Source of the DNA: Chryseobacterium gleum
Lineage (GTDB): Bacteria; Bacteroidota; Bacteroidia; Flavobacteriales_D; Sanyastnellaceae
NCBI GenBank assembly: GCA_945874695.1
Contig: CAMCHP010000002.1
Span: forward strand, 23,473-87,472
Direction of reading: 5' to 3'
DNA length: 64,000 nt
The notes beneath the pieces are model-generated. The model searched no databases, had not been told where the DNA came from, and saw only the letters and a list, made by a program, of their open reading frames with translations. Below are positions 56,912 to 64,000 of the stretch, one piece after another. How positions within the stretch are numbered: the stretch's first letter is position 1; each line of letters starts with the position of its first letter. The translations under genes were made by a program, and so were the position numbers.

Positions 56912-59566
56912 TTAGCGTGCAATAACCACGCGACGTGTTGATTGCTCTCCTGCTGCGGTTGTGAGGCGCACTAAATAAACGCCTTCAGGTTGATCAGCGA
57001 ACGAAAGCTCAAGGTTACCTTGGGTTGTGGTTTGCTCGACCATCCGACCGGTTAGGTCGAAAACCTCTAAACGATGAACACCCATTGGCATGCTGATGTA
57101 AACCACATCATTTGCAGGGTTCGGGTAAAGGTTCCAGGCAATTGTTCCTTGTTCTGTGATGCCAATTACGTTATCGGTAATTTCAACGCAGTAGTCTTCC
57201 ACTTCGCCGTATTCCATTTCTTCGCACGAGACGGGCGGCGGATCGGCACCAAAGAAGCCCGCGTATTTCATGCTCACACGCAAGCGCGAAGAGCCCGCCT
57301 CAGCCGTTACCGGAATGTTGATGGTTGCTGTTGTGGCTTCAGCCACTGCGCCTGAGGTGTAAAGGATTTCACTGTCTTCGAATGAGCCATTTTGGTTCAG
57401 GTCAATCCATACACGGAAGAGCTCTGAAAATGCAAAGCCTTCAAAGCCCGGCGTGAGCGTGATTTCGTAGTTGCCCCCTGGATCGAGTGTGGTTGACAAA
57501 CTCAAGTTCATGGTGTAATCGCCATAGCCGCCATTGTTTCCGCTGGTGTTTTCGAGGGTGTTGATGACGACGCGATCAATCCACTCGTCAGCGGTGCCGC
57601 CAAAAGATGCACAGAAAGGCAAGTCAGCACATGGGCCACAGCCAAAGGTGGTAAAGCTGCCTGCAAATTCAGGAGCGAGGCCATCAACGACACAAACGAT
57701 ACCGATTGCAACATCGTACATGGTGCATGCATCGAGGTCGGTGAAGGTGTAGGTCGTTTCAGTTACGCCATCGATTTGAATCGGGTCGCCGCCCATGGGG
57801 GTGAGTACCAAGGTGTACGATTGTGCAGCAAGTACGCTTGACCAGCTGAAGGTCGCACTGTTTTCACCAATGTTTGAAAGTGTGTAAGAATCACCTTCTG
57901 GGTACTCGCAGCACCCATCGGTAACCCATGTGACCATGGCAGACCAATTGCTGTCGCTTTCTTCACAGCTCGCGCTAACTTGCGCTTCAATTTCGGCACA
58001 CCAATCAAGACCTGGAATGGTGTATGACGTCGCATCGAGGTCATTTACCTCGATCCATACCTCGCTGCCCACTTCACGGTAGCGGAGGTTGAAGCTGAGC
58101 ATCGCAGCGGTTGCATTCCACGCAACGGTGTAATTGCCGTTGCCATCAGCCGAGGCGTTTACTCCAAATGGGGCGAGGCAATCGCTGTCGCTGCAGCTTT
58201 GTAAAATGAGTTGAATCGAGTTGTTTGCATTCAAGCGACCACCGCTAATCACTTCATCAGCCAAGTTTGCAACCGGGTCAGTACCCTCCATCAACACTTG
58301 GTAAACATAATCGGCCCCAGCTTGTGGGTCGGCGCTTACGAGTGCCATGAACGACGGACAAGGCGTTGAGTAAATAAGTGCAATTGCACCCGCGGTTAAG
58401 GGTGATGCAAATGAAGTTCCTGATGTTGAACCGTAGCTGTTAGAGCCACTGGTTGTGAACACATCAGCACCGGGTGCTGCCAAGTCGATGGTGTTAATGC
58501 CATACCCAGAGAAGGTACGCACGTCGTTGTTGTTTGACGCTGTAACGGCAACCATGTATGGGCTTGCACAACCGGTAGGCATGTCGCCCACCACATCAAT
58601 GTTAACGTTGTTGTTTGCGGTTGCGCCGCAGCTCAAAATGCCTTCTTCACCGAGCGTGTCGTAAACAGCACACCAAATGGGGTAGTTGTTTGCATTGGCA
58701 TTGTCAATTCCCCATGAAGCGTTCGTTGCTACTACGAAGGCACCGCTGGCTCCGCCGCTGGTGTTGTACAGCATGCGCATAGTAAGCGGGTAGTTGTAAG
58801 CTGAAACAACCGAGGCTTCGCTGCTGATGTTTTCACCGGCAACAGACATGATTTTCACATCCCAGTTGATGCCTGATACGCCGAGGTTATTGTTGCCTTT
58901 AGCGCCAATCATCCCCATCACTTGGGTGCCGTGGTTTCCTGTAAATACGCCCGCGTCGTTTTGTGATTGAACGTTCCATCCGTTGTAGTCATCGATGTAG
59001 CCGTTGCCGTCGTCATCGATACCATTCCCTGGAATTTCTTGGGTATTCACCCATTTGTTGTCAACCAAATCGGGGTGGTTCAGGTTGCCCCCTTCGATTA
59101 CACACACAACGATTTCATCACCAAAAGCGGTGGTTCCACCGGTTGTGATGTCCCATGCCAAATCAGAGTCGATGTCGGCATCATTGGCATTTACGTGGTG
59201 CCATTGCTGGTTCAGCTGCGGGTCGTTCGGCGTAGTTTCGCGCTGTTTCACCGTGTGATTAAACTGCACGAGCACAATGTCGGGGTGGTTTGCAAAAGCG
59301 CGCTTCATGTCAAAAGCATTCACCGCCGATGCGTCAAAGCTAAAGTGCCACATGCGCATGTGCTCGCTGAGCATAGCGATGGGTGCAACGCCCGTTGGCT
59401 TGCCATAGGCAACGGCCAAATCTTGCACAATTTGGTTCACCTTGCTGTTGTCGGTTACTTGAGCCAGCATTTCGCCCGGCAAAAATTCGGTTTCACCGAA
59501 AGTCAGCTGTGCATTTGCTGAAATCGTCAGCAAAAACAAAGCCATTAAAGCGTAAAAATGTTTCAT
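56912..59566 (-). CDS. S8 (subtilisin-like) peptidase with GEVED domain and type-A T9SS C-terminal sorting domain
   Basis: Signal peptide. HGTQVMGMIG (His) and GTSFASPLTAGAIAL (Ser) motifs. The Asp-motif position reads VVCVIEGG. YGEVEDYCVEI (GEVED). C-terminal YPNPANDVVYI...GVYLVRL...VVIAR. Confidence 0.88.
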   Translation of the reverse strand: MKHFYALMALFLLTISANAQLTFGETEFLPGEMLAQVTDNSKVNQIVQDLAVAYGKPTGVAPIAMLSEHMRMWHFSFDASAVNAFDMKRAFANHPDIVLVQFNHTVKQRETTPNDPQLNQQWHHVNANDADIDSDLAWDITTGGTTAFGDEIVVCVIEGGNLNHPDLVDNKWVNTQEIPGNGIDDDGNGYIDDYNGWNVQSQNDAGVFTGNHGTQVMGMIGAKGNNNLGVSGINWDVKIMSVAGENISSEASVVSAYNYPLTMRMLYNTSGGASGAFVVATNASWGIDNANANNYPIWCAVYDTLGEEGILSCGATANNNVNIDVVGDMPTGCASPYMVAVTASNNNDVRTFSGYGINTIDLAAPGADVFTTSGSNSYGSTSGTSFASPLTAGAIALIYSTPCPSFMALVSADPQAGADYVYQVLMEGTDPVANLADEVISGGRLNANNSIQLILQSCSDSDCLAPFGVNASADGNGNYTVAWNATAAMLSFNLRYREVGSEVWIEVNDLDATSYTIPGLDWCAEIEAQVSASCEESDSNWSAMVTWVTDGCCEYPEGDSYTLSNIGENSATFSWSSVLAAQSYTLVLTPMGGDPIQIDGVTETTYTFTDLDACTMYDVAIGIVCVVDGLAPEFAGSFTTFGCGPCADLPFCASFGGTADEWIDRVVINTLENTSGNNGGYGDYTMNLSLSTTLDPGGNYEITLTPGFEGFAFSELFRVWIDLNQNGSFEDSEILYTSGAVAEATTATINIPVTAEAGSSRLRVSMKYAGFFGADPPPVSCEEMEYGEVEDYCVEITDNVIGITEQGTIAWNLYPNPANDVVYISMPMGVHRLEVFDLTGRMVEQTTTQGNLELSFADQPEGVYLVRLTTAAGEQSTRRVVIAR

Positions 59567-59692
59567 TATTCCAGGATTGATTCGGTTTCAAAAGGCCATT
59601 CTTCGAATGCCTGTGCAAAATACAAAGAGTAAGCGACTTACCCGAAGTAAATTTCAGCGCAATCTTCCATTGCTGAGTGTTGATAAACGTTT

Positions 59693-62167
59693 TTACTCAT
59701 AATAGTACACCCGATGCACACGTTGCGAGATGCCTGCGATGATTTCATACGGTATGGTACCCGCGGCAACAGCCAACTCACTTAAGGTTGGCGCATCGCC
59801 AAAAAGTTGCACTTCATCGCCCTCGCTGCAGGGTAAATCGGACACATCGAGCATCGTCATATCCATGCACACATTGCCTACCACCGGGGCGCTTTTGCCG
59901 TGAATCATAGCCCATCCTTTTCCCTTACTCAAGTGGCGCGGATAGCCGTCTGCGTAGCCCACAGGCACGGTTGCAATGGTTCGCGGGTGGTCGGCAAGAT
60001 CTCCGCGGCCGTAGCCTACACTTTCACCCGAAGCAATCGTGTGAATTTGTGAAATGCGTGTTTTTAGACTGCCTGCCGGCAGGATGTGGGGCGCATCGAC
60101 CGGGCAGGCAGGCACACCATACAAACCAATACCCAATCGCACCATGTCAAAATGGGCCTCCGGGAAACGAAGCAGTCCTGAAGTGTTGCAAATGTGGCGC
60201 ATAATAGGATGGCCCAATGCTGCTTCAAGCTGTGCAGCACCCTCCTTGAACTGCGCGATTTGTTGCCGGGTGAACGCGTCGTAAGCCGCATCGTCGGCCG
60301 CCGAAAAGTGGCTCAATACACCCACAACGCGCACCCGTGTTTCATGCGTGAGTCGCTCGGCCAAGGCCGCCAACTCGTGCAGCGCAAACCCCAAGCGGTG
60401 CATGCCGGTATCAATTTTGATGTGAATCGGATACTGCGTTACGCCATCGTGCGTGCTGATTTCAGCCAACAAGGTGTCTAAAATGCGGAAGCTATAAATT
60501 TCAGGTTCAAGGCGGTGCTTGATCAACGCGGGCATCCCTGCGGCATCCGGACTCAACACAAAAATAGGCGTGGCAATGCCAGCCGCCCGCAACGCGACCC
60601 CCTCGCTCACATAAGCCACTCCGAAGTAGTCAACCCGATGAAAAGCAAGTGTTGACGCCAGCTCAACGCCACCCGTGCCGTAGCCGAAAGCCTTGACCAT
60701 TGCCATCACGCGTGTATTGCCTTGCAGTCGGCTCTTGTAGAAATTGTAATTGGCCACCACGCGGGTGAGATTAATTTCAAGCACCGACGAATGGGCCATC
60801 GACTGCAGGCGACGCACCACCCGATCAAATTTGAAATGGCTTGCCCCTTTGATGAGCACTGCGCTGTCGCTAAAAACCAACTCGTCGAGCTCATGCAGCA
60901 ATGCCCCGGTGTTTGCGTAAAAACGCGCCGGAATGGTGAATATCGCTTGCGCCGCTTGCAAGTCGCCTCCCACAGCAATTAATAAATCAATGCGGTGGTT
61001 TTGCAACAGGCTATTCACACGGGTGTACAAGGCTTTCGGCGCGACCCCTGTTTGAAGAATGTCGCTCAAAATCAACACCCGGCGTTTGGCGTGCGTAATT
61101 TTAACCAATTCATCGAGGGCAACCTCCAGCGCATTGAGGTCGTTGTTCCAAACATCGGTGATCAGCGTGCTGTTGTTCACCCCCTGCATGCGCTCCATGC
61201 GCAGTTCAAGCGGACGAAGTTCGGCTACCCGCTGGGCAATCACCTTAAAATCATAGCCCCGATCGAGCATCACCGTGATGCACGTGAGTGCGTTGCATAC
61301 CGCATGAACATCGGTGAATGGAATATCAACACATGCCTCCATCCCTTTGTAGGCCAGCGTGAGTTGTGCATGGGCGTCGCCGCGAACCCAGCGGCTGCAA
61401 TTGAGGTCGGCGTTGGGGTTGTTGAATGCCCAAGTCACCCTTCTTCCTTGGAAAGCTAACGCGTTCAGGGCGGCTAACCCATCCGGCTGATCAAGCCGAA
61501 AAAAAACAACCTCACACCCTTGAAACAGCACGCACTTTTCATCAGCGATTGCGCGCTGCGAAGCGAAGTTTTCGCGATGTGCCTCGCCGATGTGTGTTAA
61601 AATGCCAAATTTGGGCTGGATAACCTCGGCCAAAGCACGCATTTCGTTCGGATGTGAAATGCCCGCCTCAAAAAGTGCCAATTCGTCGGTTTCTTGCAGT
61701 TGAAGAACCGACAAAGGCACACCAATTTGACTGTTGTAGCTGCGTGGCGAACGCGCGATGCGGAAATCGGGTGCCAACAATTGATACAACCACTCTTTCA
61801 CAATGGTTTTGCCGTTGCTGCCTGTGATGGCAAACACCTCAGCCGCAAATTGGCGCCGATGCTGGGCTGCAAGCGCTTGCAAAGCTTGAACGCTGTGCTT
61901 GACTTCAATGAAGGTGACGGCGTCGAATTTAAGCAGTTCTGAAGCGTCTTCTACGATGAAGAAACGCACGCCGCGGCTAACGGCTTGGTGGAGGTAACGA
62001 TGCCCGTCGTGACGTGCACCTCGAATGGCCACAAAACAAACACCCGTGCCATCAGTCACCAAGCGTGTATCGGTAATTACGCGGTCAAAGGGCTGCGTGA
62101 GGTCGCCTCTACTACCCACAAGGCACGCTTGAGGCAGCGTGCTTAAACGCAAGTGCGCCTTGCTCAT
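59693..62167 (-). CDS. murF/alr: bifunctional UDP-N-acetylmuramoyl-tripeptide--D-alanyl-D-alanine ligase / alanine racemase
   Basis: N-terminal Mur ligase half (ITGSNGKT). C-terminal alanine racemase half ([14 protein letters not shown]-lysine motif; SVGYGR). This fusion is typical of Bacteroidota. Confidence 0.9.
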   Translation of the reverse strand: MSKAHLRLSTLPQACLVGSRGDLTQPFDRVITDTRLVTDGTGVCFVAIRGARHDGHRYLHQAVSRGVRFFIVEDASELLKFDAVTFIEVKHSVQALQALAAQHRRQFAAEVFAITGSNGKTIVKEWLYQLLAPDFRIARSPRSYNSQIGVPLSVLQLQETDELALFEAGISHPNEMRALAEVIQPKFGILTHIGEAHRENFASQRAIADEKCVLFQGCEVVFFRLDQPDGLAALNALAFQGRRVTWAFNNPNADLNCSRWVRGDAHAQLTLAYKGMEACVDIPFTDVHAVCNALTCITVMLDRGYDFKVIAQRVAELRPLELRMERMQGVNNSTLITDVWNNDLNALEVALDELVKITHAKRRVLILSDILQTGVAPKALYTRVNSLLQNHRIDLLIAVGGDLQAAQAIFTIPARFYANTGALLHELDELVFSDSAVLIKGASHFKFDRVVRRLQSMAHSSVLEINLTRVVANYNFYKSRLQGNTRVMAMVKAFGYGTGGVELASTLAFHRVDYFGVAYVSEGVALRAAGIATPIFVLSPDAAGMPALIKHRLEPEIYSFRILDTLLAEISTHDGVTQYPIHIKIDTGMHRLGFALHELAALAERLTHETRVRVVGVLSHFSAADDAAYDAFTRQQIAQFKEGAAQLEAALGHPIMRHICNTSGLLRFPEAHFDMVRLGIGLYGVPACPVDAPHILPAGSLKTRISQIHTIASGESVGYGRGDLADHPRTIATVPVGYADGYPRHLSKGKGWAMIHGKSAPVVGNVCMDMTMLDVSDLPCSEGDEVQLFGDAPTLSELAVAAGTIPYEIIAGISQRVHRVYYYE

Positions 62168-62829
62168 GGCGTTTCAGGCGATTCGTTGTCGGCGCTTGAT
62201 TTCAAAAGGGCTTTGCGAATAGCCACCAAGTCATCATCGGTGATGTAGGTTGGATCGACCATCGCGCGATTGAAAGCCCCGCGTGAGAGCGGCACATAGA
62301 GGTCTTTTTCGCCCAGCTCAACCAAGCGATCGCTGGCTGTTAAGCGAAAAGAATGATGGGCCAAATCGCCTGTTTTGATGCAAATGGCATGCACCTTCGT
62401 CACAAATTCAGCCATGGCCAGCAATTGCGGCATCGGACCGAAGGGCCTCCCCTTGAAATCGAGGTCAAGCCCAGCGATGATCACCCGAATGCCGCGATTG
62501 GCCAAAACAGAGCACACATTGGGCAGTTCATCATCGAAAAACTGGGCTTCATCAATGCCAATCACATCCACTTCGCTTGTTAACAGCAACAATTGCGAAC
62601 TGTGTGGAATGGGCGTCGATTGAATGGCATTGCGATCGTGGCTCACCACCTCATCATCGCTGTAGCGCCTGTCGATCAGGGGTTTAAATATCTCGATGCG
62701 CTGCCGAGCAAACTGCGCGCGGCGCATCCTTCGAATCAGTTCCTCGGTTTTTCCAGAAAACATTGAACCGCACACCACTTCAATCCAACCGCGTTGGCTA
62801 TTTCTGTTTTCTGCATTTTCAGGAATCAT
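62164..62829 (-). CDS. tdk: thymidine kinase
   Basis: [22 protein letters not shown]-loop and the IGIDEAQFF motif. The stop overlaps the murF/alr ATG (ATGA). Start is uncertain: ATG 62829 preferred by N-terminal length, alternative 62868. Confidence 0.88.
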   Translation of the reverse strand: MIPENAENRNSQRGWIEVVCGSMFSGKTEELIRRMRRAQFARQRIEIFKPLIDRRYSDDEVVSHDRNAIQSTPIPHSSQLLLLTSEVDVIGIDEAQFFDDELPNVCSVLANRGIRVIIAGLDLDFKGRPFGPMPQLLAMAEFVTKVHAICIKTGDLAHHSFRLTASDRLVELGEKDLYVPLSRGAFNRAMVDPTYITDDDLVAIRKALLKSSADNESPETP

Positions 62830-62852
62830 AGCGTCAAAGTTAGCCAAAAGCG

Positions 62853-62860
62853 TATTTTTG
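62853..62860 (+). promoter_or_regulatory. candidate -7 box (TATTTTTG)
   Basis: Exact TAnnTTTG 17 nt upstream of the ATG at 62878. Confidence 0.4.
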
Positions 62861-62877
62861 GGTAACATACTGAGAAC

Positions 62878-63288
62878 ATGAGGACACTTTTTTTCGTTAT
62901 CAGCATGACTGTGCTGGTTGTCGGCTGCAAAAAAACCCCGGGAGACGGTGGTTTGGCGACCATACGTGGCAATGTTGTTCAAGAAATTCGTTTCGTTTTA
63001 ACGAATCCTGCCACCTACGCCACTGAATATCCGGCGCCTGATGCAGATGTTTGGATTGTATATGGCGACAATGTTTCACCGAATGAGCGCGTTAGAACCA
63101 ATTATGATGGCGCGTTTGAATTCCAATTCCTTCGCCCCGGTGATTACACCATCTACGTTTACAGCAACGACACCACCGGCGCCCCTGATGTGGCACCGGA
63201 CCGGATGCCCATCATCAAAAAGGTTACCATCGACGAACGCAGGCAAGATATTGATCTCGGTGAATTCCGGATTTATGACCGTCCATAA
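62878..63288 (+). CDS. small lipoprotein with carboxypeptidase-regulatory-like beta-sandwich
   Basis: Lipobox VLVVGC after a short signal. [21 protein letters not shown] resembles CarboxypepD_reg-like folds. Confidence 0.55.
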   Translation: MRTLFFVISMTVLVVGCKKTPGDGGLATIRGNVVQEIRFVLTNPATYATEYPAPDADVWIVYGDNVSPNERVRTNYDGAFEFQFLRPGDYTIYVYSNDTTGAPDVAPDRMPIIKKVTIDERRQDIDLGEFRIYDRP

Positions 63289-63946
63289 ACAACTGCTTAC
63301 CGCACTTTGGGTGGTAGCGGCTCATGTGCTGCAAGCACAAACCGTGCAGCGCGATGCCGGCCTATGGTTGGGCGCCTCTGGGGAATACGAGATCAATGAC
63401 CGAATTTCGCTCGATGGAGAGCTCGAAACGCGCGTGCATCAGCAGTTTTCGAGGTACCACGCCCTCTTACTCGACTTGGGTGGAAGCTATAAAATCGACA
63501 AAAACTGGAGCCTTGGTGCAGGTTATCGCCTTGGGCATCGGCTCCGTTTAGATGATCGCCAAGATTTTCGCCGGCGATTTAACACCGACGTAAAATACCG
63601 TTTCAAAACAGGCGACACGAAAGTTGATTTTCGCTTGCGCTACCAAGCAGGCAGAAACCGTACCGAAGAGCAACTTTCAGACCTCCGAAATGCGTTGCGA
63701 TTTCGCGCGAAAGTTTCGCATAAACTGGCAAAACGCACCTACCTCGCGGCATCTGGCGAGTTGTTTTACGGCTCACGCCGCGGCGAATTTATGATGACCG
63801 ACTGGCGTTTTCGCTTGATGCTTGAGCGCCGATTGGGCAAAGGCCGCAGCATCACAGGCGGCTACCTCGTGCAACGTGAAGTCAATCGAAACCGTCCGCT
63901 ACTCGAAAACGTGCTGACCCTGAGTTACGGTTTTGGCTTGAATTAA
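63275..63946 (+). CDS. outer-membrane beta-barrel-like protein, possibly DUF2490
   Basis: Start chosen at ATG 63275 ([22 protein letters not shown] signal peptide). Alternating beta-strand pattern, R/Y-rich, with a C-terminal aromatic region. Overlaps the upstream gene by 14 nt. Confidence 0.5.
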   Translation: MTVHKQLLTALWVVAAHVLQAQTVQRDAGLWLGASGEYEINDRISLDGELETRVHQQFSRYHALLLDLGGSYKIDKNWSLGAGYRLGHRLRLDDRQDFRRRFNTDVKYRFKTGDTKVDFRLRYQAGRNRTEEQLSDLRNALRFRAKVSHKLAKRTYLAASGELFYGSRRGEFMMTDWRFRLMLERRLGKGRSITGGYLVQREVNRNRPLLENVLTLSYGFGLN

Positions 63947-64000
63947 GGGGGTGTTTTCCGCCTAAACGGCGGGATGGGGATGCTTCTTTTTGTGCCGCGT

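Noticed and set aside
59567-59692. Possible terminator for murF/alr (imperfect hairpin GGCATTC...GAATGGCC followed by TTTTG on the minus strand, about 59594-59615).
   Set aside because: The stem is bulged and short and the U-run is weak. That is not enough support to list it as a feature.
63041-63274. N-terminal 78-aa extension of the DUF2490-like ORF, which overlaps the lipoprotein gene in another frame.
   Set aside because: The extension is Pro/Thr/Ser-rich and lacks a signal peptide. The internal ATG at 63275 is followed immediately by a typical signal peptide.

Overview
This 64-kb chromosomal segment looks like a Bacteroidota (Flavobacteriia-like) genome, about 50-55% GC by eye. Supporting signs are type IX secretion (T9SS) cargo with type-A and type-B C-terminal sorting domains, a PorP/SprF gene, a MurF-Alr fusion, LytS/LytTR signalling and TAnnTTTG -7 boxes. 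I support about 40 protein genes, one tRNA(CAT), several intrinsic terminators and a few promoter boxes. I see no rRNA, CRISPR array, transposase or integrase. Most genes are housekeeping: dxs, purQ, purD, rnpA, a hemD-like gene, asd, hutU, rnr, ppa, a Mn-type SOD, murF-alr, tdk, an S41 protease, an RsmF-like methyltransferase, an AsmA-like protein, and GT2/GT9 glycosyltransferases with an O-antigen-ligase-like protein. Five things stand out. (1) A 3405-aa surface protein is built from 31 tandem two-cysteine modules of about 89 aa. It ends in a type-B (gliding-motility-associated) CTD and sits in an apparent operon with its own PorP/SprF-like and OmpA-like genes. (2) A 1160-aa fusion joins a RecB-type PD-(D/E)xK nuclease to a Dna2/Upf1-like SF1 helicase, next to the tRNA. 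(3) A T9SS-secreted S8 peptidase with a GEVED domain reads Glu at the position of the catalytic Asp. (4) A 1462-aa lamin-tail-domain protein carries an internal duplication of about 300 aa and three LTDs. (5) The left edge holds a 0.9-kb ORF-free, hairpin-rich region with a 24-nt perfect palindrome. I do not see a convincing multi-gene novel defence system. Items 1 and 2 are the best leads. All calls come from reading the translations and sequence by eye. Motif coordinates were counted manually and family names are from memory, so HMM or BLAST confirmation is needed.
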